Assembly (NCBI GenBank): GCA_900543675.1
Contig: UQRY01000002.1
Span: 17,750 to 81,749 of the forward strand
Source: an uncultured Mycoplasmatota bacterium
GTDB lineage: Bacteria > Bacillota_I > Bacilli_A > RF39 > UBA660
Reading direction: 5' to 3'
DNA length: 64,000 bases
The translations under genes and the position numbers were made by a program. The first letter of the stretch is position 1; each line of letters opens with the position of its first letter. The notes beneath the pieces were generated by a model that did not search any database, was not told the DNA's origin, and was given only the letters and a program-made list of their open reading frames with translations. Shown piece after piece: positions 56,132 to 64,000 of the stretch.

Positions 56132-57748
56132 ATGGTGGAATATGAAAAGTTTAGTGAAGAGACTAAAAAGTTCTTTCAAAAAGCAATGGATATCTACGCA
56201 AATATCGAACCATTAGAAATTCAAAAAGTAGTAGAAAAGATTGGGGGTGATAAACAACAATATACGTTATCAAGATTAGACAAAAAAGTATTTTCCATGT
56301 TTATCGCAAGTTTTACTACGGATATCCACCTACAATCTCTCTTAGGAGAATATGATGATATTAAAAAAGAAGATTTATTTTCTTTTATTGGGATTAAAGA
56401 AGAAGAGATTAAACCATTAGAAAGTTCTTATTTAACGTATTATAATACGAAATTTAAATTAGATTTATTCAATATGGTAGAAGAAGACTTAGATACTTAT
56501 TCTATTTTAGAAATTACTCCAGAATTTATTTACTATTTGTTAAGAAAAAACGTAGCTGGATCAGACGTAGTTGCTTATTTTATGGACTCAATGAAAGAAC
56601 ATTTAAATTATTCAGGATTTACTCATCTTAATCATCCTAGTTTTAAAACAGTCAATAATTATCTAGTATTGAATCATATGATACAGTATAAAAATTCTAC
56701 TACTAAAAAGAATTCTCTATTTTTAACTGAAGAGGATGATTTAACTTTAGAACAGAAAAGACAAAATTTATTTACGAAAAGTCAACAAGAATTATGGACT
56801 CTTTTGGAAGAAATAAAGAAAAAGTTTATTGGTCAAGAAAGACTAGTAGAAGATTTATTTTATACGATGATTTATAACCAAGATTTAGCTTCTAATAAAA
56901 GATTAACGGATGGGGAGAGAGCAATTCTATTTATAGATGGACCAACGGGAACAGGAAAAACTGCAATTACCCGAGAAATTTGCCGTAAACTAACTATTCC
57001 CGTTGCTTTTGCTTCATCTGTCAATTATTCTTCAACCGGATATGAAGGAGCGAATATCACGGATTTGTTAGCACAATTATATCAAGCATCTGGAAACAAT
57101 TTACAACTAGCAGAACGGGGAATTATTCTATTAGACGAATTTGATAAATTAGCTTACACATCGGATGATGGAATCAAAATGAAAAAAGCCGTTCAACAAC
57201 AACTTCTTGATTTTCTTGGTGGTGGAGTATATCCCGTAAATATTGGAAATAAATTTTTAAAAACAGAACAAGTAGAATTTGATACGTCAAAGTTAACCTT
57301 TATTCTTCTAGGCGCTTTATCAGAACTAAGAAATAAAAAAATAGTAGATAGTGATATCTATTCTATTGTGCCAGAAGATTTAATTGCCCATGGCTTAGAA
57401 CGTGAACTAGTAGGAAGAATCAATACTTATTTACACACTGATGAATATACCAAAGAAGATTTACTTAGAATTTTAAAAGAATCTTCTATCAGTCCAATAC
57501 TGAGTTTAAAAAAGGGAGTATCTTTATATGGAAAAGAGTTAATCATCGATGAAGAGATCTATGAAGATATCGTAAATGCAGCTTACGATTTGCACAGTGG
57601 CGCAAGAGGACTACAAACGATTATTAATAATATTCGAACATCTTTTCTTAAAGAAATACTAAGAGGAGAAGAACAAACCATTTATTTAGGAAAAGAAAGA
57701 GTAAAAGAAGATATTGAAAAAATATTTGTAAGAAGGATAAACCGTTAA
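56132..57748 (+). CDS. ClpX-like AAA+ ATPase paralog without Zn-finger and IGF loop, with a ~260 aa novel (Clp_N-like?) N-terminal region
   Basis: FIGQERLVEDL, Walker A GPTGTGKT, pore-loop position GYEG (ClpX has GYVG), Walker B ILLDEFDK, VPEDLIAHGLERELVGRI, sensor-2 GARGLQ. Confidence 0.8.
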   Translation: MVEYEKFSEETKKFFQKAMDIYANIEPLEIQKVVEKIGGDKQQYTLSRLDKKVFSMFIASFTTDIHLQSLLGEYDDIKKEDLFSFIGIKEEEIKPLESSYLTYYNTKFKLDLFNMVEEDLDTYSILEITPEFIYYLLRKNVAGSDVVAYFMDSMKEHLNYSGFTHLNHPSFKTVNNYLVLNHMIQYKNSTTKKNSLFLTEEDDLTLEQKRQNLFTKSQQELWTLLEEIKKKFIGQERLVEDLFYTMIYNQDLASNKRLTDGERAILFIDGPTGTGKTAITREICRKLTIPVAFASSVNYSSTGYEGANITDLLAQLYQASGNNLQLAERGIILLDEFDKLAYTSDDGIKMKKAVQQQLLDFLGGGVYPVNIGNKFLKTEQVEFDTSKLTFILLGALSELRNKKIVDSDIYSIVPEDLIAHGLERELVGRINTYLHTDEYTKEDLLRILKESSISPILSLKKGVSLYGKELIIDEEIYEDIVNAAYDLHSGARGLQTIINNIRTSFLKEILRGEEQTIYLGKERVKEDIEKIFVRRINR

Positions 57749-57749
57749 G

Positions 57750-58103
57750 ATGAAGTATCAATATAATGGCCATTTACTAGAAGAAGAAAGAATAGAACTA
57801 GTCGCCACGGAAATCATGATGAAATACCCAGAGATCAATCGTAGAGATGCTGAAAAAATAGCTGCCCTAGAAGGAAGTATTTCTACTAACTGTAATTTCG
57901 ATATGATATTTACCCGATTATATCATATTATGCTAATCATGAATCAGGACAAGAAAATAGTTAGGAAAGTATATAAAGATCTTCTTTTCTATTTAAAGGA
58001 AAATCAATCGACAGATAAAATAGATGTTTATGAACAAACGATAATAGAAATATATCGATTTTTAATGAATGAAAGAGAATTCCCTTTATTAGAAGAATAT
58101 TAA
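57750..58103 (+). CDS. Small hypothetical protein translationally coupled to the ClpX-like ATPase
   Basis: ATG lies 1 nt after the upstream TAA. 117 aa, helical, no motif. Confidence 0.6.
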   Translation: MKYQYNGHLLEEERIELVATEIMMKYPEINRRDAEKIAALEGSISTNCNFDMIFTRLYHIMLIMNQDKKIVRKVYKDLLFYLKENQSTDKIDVYEQTIIEIYRFLMNEREFPLLEEY

Positions 58104-58237
58104 GTACAAATGATTGGGTCTTTTAGTACCAAAAATATTTATAGTAAAAAAATTTACTAATAACTAAAAAAAGATAAGGAATGGTAGATGTACTTTCCTT
58201 TTTTGTTTGGTATAATACTAGTAAAGAAGGAGGATTT

Positions 58238-59011
58238 ATGAAAAAGTGGAAAATTTATAGTATCATAATCACAATAATACTTGTCTTAGTAATTATTGGA
58301 GTATGTGTATATGCTTTTGTTATTCGTGAAACATTTACTGAGGAAGAAGCTAAAAATATTGCCTTAGAATATGCAAATGTGGTGGAAGATAATGTCACCT
58401 TTTTATCAGTTAAGAAAGACCATGGAGATAGAGAGTTTGAGATCAAATTTTATGATGATTTGTATGAATATGAACTCGATGTTAATTATCATAATGGCAA
58501 AGTAGCTAATTTTGAAAAAGATATTAGAGATAATGTCAATATTAAAGACGATCAGACAGTTTCCATGACCGAAGAAGAAGCTAAAAATATTGCGCTACAA
58601 AGAGTAGGAAAAACAGATGATGAAGTAACCTTTACTAAAGTAAGAACGGATAGAGAAAACGGAATTACGGTCTATGAAGTTGACTTTTATGATACAGAAA
58701 AAGAATATGAGTTAAGTATAGATGTGGATACCAAAGAAGTAATTAGTTATAAAGAAGATGAACTACATACTCATAATGATAATTCTAATACGACCCCTAC
58801 CAATAACTATATTGGAACTAAAAGAGCGAAAGAAATAGTTTTAGACCATGCCAAATTAAGTAGTAGTGAAGTAACCTTTCGTAAAGTAGAATTGGATGTT
58901 GATTACCAAATTGCGACTTATGAAATAGAATTTGATTATCAGTATTTTGAATATGAATATGAACTAAACGCAGTAACTGGTGAAATCCTAAAGTACGAAA
59001 GAGATAGGTAA
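58238..59011 (+). CDS. Membrane-anchored protein with three PepSY repeats
   Basis: TM helix, then three EEAKNIAL..V....VTF.KV....D....YE(I/V)(K/D)FY....EYE..(V/I)D....G.V units. ATG at 58238 after AGGAGG. Confidence 0.85.
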   Translation: MKKWKIYSIIITIILVLVIIGVCVYAFVIRETFTEEEAKNIALEYANVVEDNVTFLSVKKDHGDREFEIKFYDDLYEYELDVNYHNGKVANFEKDIRDNVNIKDDQTVSMTEEEAKNIALQRVGKTDDEVTFTKVRTDRENGITVYEVDFYDTEKEYELSIDVDTKEVISYKEDELHTHNDNSNTTPTNNYIGTKRAKEIVLDHAKLSSSEVTFRKVELDVDYQIATYEIEFDYQYFEYEYELNAVTGEILKYERDR

Positions 59012-59070
59012 AACCCAATCAGATAATATAGATAATAATAAAATAATTGAAAAGAAAAAGGTGTAAAAAA

Positions 59071-59652
59071 ATGAAAGATTTAGATGAATACCAAGAAAAA
59101 GAAATAAAAGTCTTAGAAGTAGATATAGCGAGTTTAACTAAAAAATTAGAAGAAATCGGGGCAAAAAAAGTATACGATGATACTAGAGAAATTATTGTTT
59201 TAGATACAAAAGATAGACAATTTTTAAAACAACAGGATAAATTAGTTAGAGTAACCGATGAAGGAAGTATCAAAGTAACGATGCATATTCATCAAAGTGA
59301 TCCAACTAAGAAAAGACAAATCAAATTTAAAGCAAGCCGATTAAAAGAAACTCTAGATTTTTTTCATGAAATGGGCTTAGATCCAATTAGTAGAGTAAAA
59401 GCACCTAGGATTTCTTATGAATTAGGAAAAATAGATTTCGATATCGATAGTTTTCCACTCATTCCACCATTCTTAGAAATTGATATTGAACATATCAGAG
59501 AAGAAGGATATACTGTAGAAAGTTTATTGAAAAAATTAGGATTAGAAAATAACATAGTAGTAGAAATGGGAACTGAAGATATCCATAAACTCTATCACAT
59601 TGATTATTTTGAGGCTTATCAAGTCGTGGAAGAAAAGAAATCAGTAAAGTAG
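59071..59652 (+). CDS. CYTH-domain protein (class IV adenylate cyclase / triphosphate tunnel metalloenzyme)
   Basis: N-terminal EKEIKVLEV (ExExK), later RVTDEG...KVTMH, RISYEL, FDIDSF...FLEIDIE beta-barrel pattern. Confidence 0.75.
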   Translation: MKDLDEYQEKEIKVLEVDIASLTKKLEEIGAKKVYDDTREIIVLDTKDRQFLKQQDKLVRVTDEGSIKVTMHIHQSDPTKKRQIKFKASRLKETLDFFHEMGLDPISRVKAPRISYELGKIDFDIDSFPLIPPFLEIDIEHIREEGYTVESLLKKLGLENNIVVEMGTEDIHKLYHIDYFEAYQVVEEKKSVK

Positions 59653-59704
59653 GAAAAAGATAAATTACAAGTGATAGGGGTTATAAATAATAAAAGGGGT
59701 TCGT

Positions 59705-60193
59705 ATGATAGAGTTTAAAAAGATAAGTGAGTTTCCAAAAGGTACATTATATAATCAGTTAGTAGATGCCTATTCATTTAATGTTAATTGTCAAAAAACT
59801 TGGGACCAAATGTGGCAGGAGTATGACAATTTTTTCTATTCTAATTTGGACTCTATTGCGGATAAATATGGTTTTATTACTGTAGTAGATGGTATTGCAG
59901 TTGGTCATATATCTTGGGATCCACGAAATAGACCTAACGAGGTAACCATAGGACATAACTGTATCTTATCTAGTTTCAAAGGTAGAGGGTATGGTAAACT
60001 TCAATTAGAAGAAGCAATTAATCGAATTAAAGAATATGATGTAAAGAAAATTGTTGTTACGACGAATGAAATCTTATTACCTGCTCAGAAGAATTATGAA
60101 AGTGTAGGGTTTATCAAAGTGGCCGAAAGAAAAAATACTGAAACTCCGTTTGCTGGTAATTATATAGATTATGAAATGATAATAAAACAATAA
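59705..60193 (+). CDS. GNAT-family N-acetyltransferase
   Basis: FKGRGYGKLQLEEAINRIKE (Q/RxxGxG/A) and NYESVGF. Confidence 0.85.
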   Translation: MIEFKKISEFPKGTLYNQLVDAYSFNVNCQKTWDQMWQEYDNFFYSNLDSIADKYGFITVVDGIAVGHISWDPRNRPNEVTIGHNCILSSFKGRGYGKLQLEEAINRIKEYDVKKIVVTTNEILLPAQKNYESVGFIKVAERKNTETPFAGNYIDYEMIIKQ

Positions 60194-60334
60194 TAGTAAT
60201 TGGAAGAAAAACAAAAAATTAAATGATTACACGAGAAAAAACTAAAAGATTTTAATAAAGAAGATATATGAATTAAAAACTTTGAAAATAGTTTAATAAT
60301 TAACATATCAATAATAATTTATGGAGGAATTAAG

Positions 60335-60708
60335 ATGGGAAAATTCTCTCAATTAGGAGCTATAAATAATAAAATTGAAAATAATAACAAATTATGTTTT
60401 GCGAAAGAAAACTTATCAGTAGAACAATTTGATAAGTTATATAAGTCGTATAGGCAATTATTTTGGTTTCAAATTGCTCCAGTTATCGTGTTTATAGTGA
60501 TAATTATTTTTATGTTGATTTTCATTCCATCAGATTATTCCAATTTAAAATCAGGAATTATACTATTGGGAATTGCGTTCTTTGTAGTCCCTTTTTTCCT
60601 ATCTGGTTAATCATATCGCAATTTACTGCTGGAAAATTGTGGCACAAGTATTCTAAATGGTATAAAAAAGAAGGAAGTATGAACGAATTGTATGAATTGC
60701 TTAAATAA
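60335..60708 (+). pseudogene. Small two-TM membrane protein gene split by a frameshift at a T6 run
   Basis: ORF 60335-60610 ends ...FFVVPFFLSG*. The -1 frame continues PFFPIWLIISQFTAGKLWHKYSKWYKKEG... to 60708. The switch point is T6 at 60592-60597. Confidence 0.5.
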
Positions 60709-60729
60709 ATGGATTTGTATGGAGGATAT

Positions 60730-60927
60730 ATGAATAAAGGAAAAACAGGAATATTGATGATAATACTAGGAAACGTATTATATTTAACTCATACTTTTTT
60801 TGCAAGTAATGAAATAACGCCATTTGGCGAGTTTACTTCGGGAATACTACTAGGTTTATCAGTAGGAATTAATTTAATAGGAGTAATATTGTTAGCACAA
60901 TATATTTCAAAAAACGAGAAAGTATAG
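60730..60927 (+). CDS. Small two-TM membrane protein
   Basis: 65 aa with two hydrophobic helices. SD GGAGGA. Confidence 0.5.
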   Translation: MNKGKTGILMIILGNVLYLTHTFFASNEITPFGEFTSGILLGLSVGINLIGVILLAQYISKNEKV

Positions 60928-61160
60928 AATGTATAAAACTTAGAAGAAAAAGTCAATGAAATGTCTTTAATCGAAAATAAAGATAATTTTAAATGTTAAC
61001 CAATAATACAGAATAGTAAAGTACCGTAAATAAGAAAAATATATTATCCAATGTATTGTATAATTAGAAATGTTAAAACTCTTTGACAAACTTCCAAAGT
61101 ACTTCTATAGATTTGTTAACCACTTATTATCTATAATGGTCAGTGAAAGGAGAAATAGAA

Positions 61161-61511
61161 ATGAAATTAGGTGAAAACATTTTAAAGTTAAGAAAACAAA
61201 ATGGATTATCACAAGAACAACTAGGTGAACAAATTGGAGTTACTAGACAGACAATTTCTAATTGGGAACTAAATGAAACAACACCCAATCCAGAACAATT
61301 AAAGGCTTTATCTAAAGTATTAAGTGTTAGCCTTGATGAATTATTAGATAATGAAGTTGAAGGAGTTTTGATGAAGAAAGTTAGCAATACTGAGCAATTA
61401 GCAGGAACAATTAATAAAGGATTAAGAATTCTTGGTAAAGGTTTTCTGATATATATTGTATTAGTAATAGTCGCTCTAATTGGTTTGGCTATATATGCAT
61501 TAGTTAAATAA
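61161..61511 (+). CDS. XRE-family HTH protein with C-terminal TM helix
   Basis: LSQEQLGEQIGVTRQTISNWELNETTPN, then LIYIVLVIVALIGLAIYALV. ATG at 61161 after SD AAAGGAG. Confidence 0.85.
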   Translation: MKLGENILKLRKQNGLSQEQLGEQIGVTRQTISNWELNETTPNPEQLKALSKVLSVSLDELLDNEVEGVLMKKVSNTEQLAGTINKGLRILGKGFLIYIVLVIVALIGLAIYALVK

Positions 61512-61528
61512 GTTAAATTACTATTTAT

Positions 61529-61567
61529 AAAGTAAATCACTAATATAGGAGATTTACTTTATTTTAT
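61529..61567 (+). terminator. Rho-independent terminator
   Basis: AAAGTAAATC / GATTTACTTT stem followed by ATTTTAT. Confidence 0.65.
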
Positions 61568-61774
61568 ATAATTTAATATCAATAAAGTTACAAATAGAAT
61601 TTGATATTGAAGTGAGAGAAATAGAAGAAGTAATAAAAAATACGACTGAAGAAAAAGAATTAAATAGATAAATAATAAATGATCAATTCGTTGACTATTT
61701 GTGTACCCTTGAAATGTTTCCTGTTAAAAATAACTTTTACATTATAGAATATTAGTGTGAAAGGAGCAAAAAAT

Positions 61775-62485
61775 ATGAATCAAGAAAAGATTGGAAAATT
61801 CATTGCTGAATGTAGAAAAACGAAAAATATGACGCAACAAGAATTGGCAGAAAAATTGAACGTATCAGACCGTACTGTTGGAAATTGGGAAAATGGAAGA
61901 AATATGCCTGACTTATCCTTGTTTAAACCTTTGTGTAATGAACTAAATATTTCTTTAAATGATTTGATGAGTGGCGAAAAGGTAAAAGAAAGAGAATACC
62001 AAGAAAAATTAGAAGAGAATACAATCAATATAATAGATTATACGAATAAAAAAATCGAAAATCGAAATCATTTTATAGGTCTGATATTCATCACGTTTGG
62101 AGTTTTAATTTCAATTACTGCCATTGCCATATTTCCTAGTGAAAGTAGCTGGGGATCTATTTACTCGGTTTTGGGAGCGATAATTTCTTTAATTGGTGTC
62201 AGCAGATTTACAAAGCGATTAAGCTATCCGAAAAGATTAATAAGTAATTTTGGCTATTTTTTTATATTTATATCCGTACTGATGACAATAGATTATATCG
62301 GTGTCGTTAATATTCACCAAGCCCCAAGATTTTCATTAGTAAAAGTGTCAGGAGAAAATATTATATATTATGATACACTATTTTATGACGTAGTTAGATG
62401 CAATGTAAATAGAGATAACGAAACATTTAAAGTAATAAAAAATCAAAAATACGATCGAGATAACATAGATAATTTTTGTAAATAA
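61775..62485 (+). CDS. XRE-family HTH protein with three TM segments and a C-terminal extracytoplasmic domain
   Basis: MTQQELAEKLNVSDRTVGNWENGRNMPD and three hydrophobic segments. ATG at 61775 after SD AAAGGAG. Confidence 0.85.
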   Translation: MNQEKIGKFIAECRKTKNMTQQELAEKLNVSDRTVGNWENGRNMPDLSLFKPLCNELNISLNDLMSGEKVKEREYQEKLEENTINIIDYTNKKIENRNHFIGLIFITFGVLISITAIAIFPSESSWGSIYSVLGAIISLIGVSRFTKRLSYPKRLISNFGYFFIFISVLMTIDYIGVVNIHQAPRFSLVKVSGENIIYYDTLFYDVVRCNVNRDNETFKVIKNQKYDRDNIDNFCK

Positions 62486-62651
62486 TAAAAATGACAATTG
62501 ATGAAATGGATATTTTGTGACTTTTCATAGTGTCATTTATACAACAGTTAAATAATCTAAATAATCATATAGTGTAAAATCGCTCTGTTTTATAGTTAAA
62601 AATAAAGAAAAGATGATATAATGATTTACGGAAGTATAGGAGGTATTACAA

Positions 62652-63515
62652 GTGAAAAAAAATAAAAATTTATTCATCCAACCCTTTTTGAAATGGGCAG
62701 GTGGAAAAAGGCAGCTAATACCCCAAATGGAAAAATATCTTAAAAAAGTAAAATATACAAATTATTACGAACCTTTTATTGGAGGCGGATCCATCTTATT
62801 TTATTTACAGCCTACCAAAGCAGTAGTTAATGATTATAATAAAGATTTAATTGAATGCTATAAATGTATTAAAGATAATTATGAGGAATTAATTACTAAA
62901 TTAGAAGAATATGAAAACAAGAATAATGCCGATGATTATTATAAAATTAGAGAGTTAGATCGAAAAGAAGAATATAAAACTTGGTCATCTGTTGAAAAAT
63001 CAGCAAGATTGATTTACTTAAACAGAACCTGTTATAACGGACTTTTTAGATTAAATAGTTCTGGGCATTTTAATACTCCATTTGGTAAATATAAAAATCC
63101 GAATATTTGTAATAAACCAGTTTTGAATGCTCTTCATGAATATTTTACCCAAAATGATATTGAATTTAGAAATGGAGACTTTGAAGAATGTTGTAAAGAT
63201 GTTCCTAAAGGATCATTAGTATATTTTGATCCTCCATATGATCAGTTCGATGATCAAGTTAATTTTGTTGGATACACAGAGAATGGTTTTACTAGAGAAG
63301 ACCAAGAAAGATTAAAAAAACTCTGTGATAGATTAATTGATAATGGTTGTACAGTAATCATTAGTAACTCCTCAACACCATTCATAAAAAAATTATATAG
63401 TGATAAAACTAGATATAAAATTCATACTTTAATGGCAAAGAGAAATATTAACTCTGATGCGAAAAAAAGAGGACAAATTCAGGAGGTGTTGATCGTTGGC
63501 ACAAGGAAAGAATGA
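62652..63515 (+). CDS. Dam-class (D12) N6-adenine DNA methyltransferase
   Basis: FLKWAGGKRQL, YYEPFIGGGS (SAM motif I), NRTCYNGLFR, VYFDPPY (motif IV). GTG start after AGGAGG. Confidence 0.9.
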   Translation: MKKNKNLFIQPFLKWAGGKRQLIPQMEKYLKKVKYTNYYEPFIGGGSILFYLQPTKAVVNDYNKDLIECYKCIKDNYEELITKLEEYENKNNADDYYKIRELDRKEEYKTWSSVEKSARLIYLNRTCYNGLFRLNSSGHFNTPFGKYKNPNICNKPVLNALHEYFTQNDIEFRNGDFEECCKDVPKGSLVYFDPPYDQFDDQVNFVGYTENGFTREDQERLKKLCDRLIDNGCTVIISNSSTPFIKKLYSDKTRYKIHTLMAKRNINSDAKKRGQIQEVLIVGTRKE

Positions 63516-64000
63516 TACTGCTTGGGAAGAAATCTTTGAACAATATAACATCTTAGACGAAATAAAGAAAAATGGTTATTTTACTATTAGTGCCACGCAA
63601 ATAAAAAAACTTAGAGAACCACGATTGATGACTAAGTTTGATAGTAAAATTGATCTGCCAGATATCTTTAATCGTCATCATCTAGCAATTTTACCAACCA
63701 AAAGAGGAGAATATTTAATAGGTAAGTTTAAAAACTATCAAGAGGTAAATTTGGATAACTCTATTGTGATTGAAACAAAGTATTTACCTGATTATATAAC
63801 TACAATTGATAGTAAAAATATATCTAGTGAAGCCATATCTTTATCTTCTGCTTTTATTTCTGGAATGTTAGAAGATTTAATTGGCGAAAAGGTAGTTCCA
63901 ACAATTCAAGGAAGAATGGGTACAGGAAATTTTGAATATATTATTAAAACAGAAGAAAATGAGGATTTTCATATTCAAGTAGAAAACTCACAAATGGAAA
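63496..64000 (+). CDS. Putative cognate type II restriction endonuclease, 3' end outside the window
   Basis: Frame is open from TTG at 63496 (9 nt after AGGAGG) to the window edge (168 codons). It overlaps the methyltransferase 3' end by 20 nt. No motif recognised by eye. Confidence 0.5.
   Translation, partial: MAQGKNDTAWEEIFEQYNILDEIKKNGYFTISATQIKKLREPRLMTKFDSKIDLPDIFNRHHLAILPTKRGEYLIGKFKNYQEVNLDNSIVIETKYLPDYITTIDSKNISSEAISLSSAFISGMLEDLIGEKVVPTIQGRMGTGNFEYIIKTEENEDFHIQVENSQME

Noticed and set aside
58255-59273. Minus-strand ORFs 58255-58446, 58818-59018 and 59019-59273.
   Set aside because: They are antisense to the PepSY and CYTH genes or span their intergenic region, and they have shadow-frame composition.
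61127-62028. Minus-strand ORFs 61127-61540 (137 aa) and 61780-62028 (82 aa).
   Set aside because: They are antisense to two genes with unmistakable XRE helix-turn-helix motifs and good SDs. The translations are Ser/Leu/Asn-rich with no motif.
1-64000. Search by eye for CRISPR arrays, tRNA/rRNA genes, integrase or att sites, and prophage structural modules.
   Set aside because: I found no regularly spaced direct repeats other than the collagen coding repeats, no cloverleaf-like or rRNA-like segments, and no integrase or recombinase gene. The right-hand island therefore has no identifiable mobility gene apart from the intron and the IS remnant.

Overview
AT-rich, densely coding, Bacillota-type chromosomal segment with about 70 credible genes. 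I found no rRNA, tRNA or CRISPR array by eye.

(1) 1-15 kb is the conserved Bacillus-like block: rluD-like, rhomboid, ireB-ruvX-DUF1292-mltG-trmR, then trhP1-trhP2. A 6.9 kb unit with its own promoter is wedged between trmR and trhP1. It holds four tandem, strongly diverged ~550-570 aa paralogs with no recognisable domain.

(2) 15-39 kb is mixed housekeeping and accessory genes:
- TetR plus an MMPL transporter, an SDR, and a class II Fic protein.
- An aminotransferase-GNAT fusion and a membrane-tethered XRE regulator.
- A split three-gene BcrAD/BadFG activase with dehydratase-like proteins.
- A YlmH-like protein, thermonuclease, thioredoxin-like protein, LysM protein and uvsE.
- A GntR-ABC operon, a UDG-like protein and maa.
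- An ASCH-transglutaminase fusion, an HEFGH peptidase, an MBL hydrolase and MazG.

(3) 39-45 kb is decaying accessory DNA:
- A 5'-truncated SDR and a frameshifted DUF218 gene.
- An ORF-less group II intron lying between a promoter/SD and the start codon of a secreted protein with a TasA/CalY-type signal.
- A 30-bp perfect palindrome and a degraded IS1182-like transposase.

(4) 45-64 kb looks like an island:
- An orphan 1018 aa protein, a DUF362 protein and a BclA-like collagen-repeat protein.
- A cyclophilin-like / C39-like peptidase / Amidoligase_2 trio.
- A translationally coupled pair of dCTP-deaminase-fold genes (one single domain, one tandem double domain, with complementary catalytic-residue losses). 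It is divergent from a ClpX-like AAA+ ATPase that lacks the Zn finger and IGF loop.
- PepSY, CYTH and GNAT proteins and two small XRE membrane proteins.
- A Dam-class methyltransferase overlapping a putative restriction endonuclease that runs off the window.

The best candidates for undescribed systems are the dcd-fold 2+1 module with its ClpX-like neighbour, the four-paralog array, the amidoligase trio and the intron-gated secreted-protein gene. All functional calls rest on motif recognition by eye. No database search was run.
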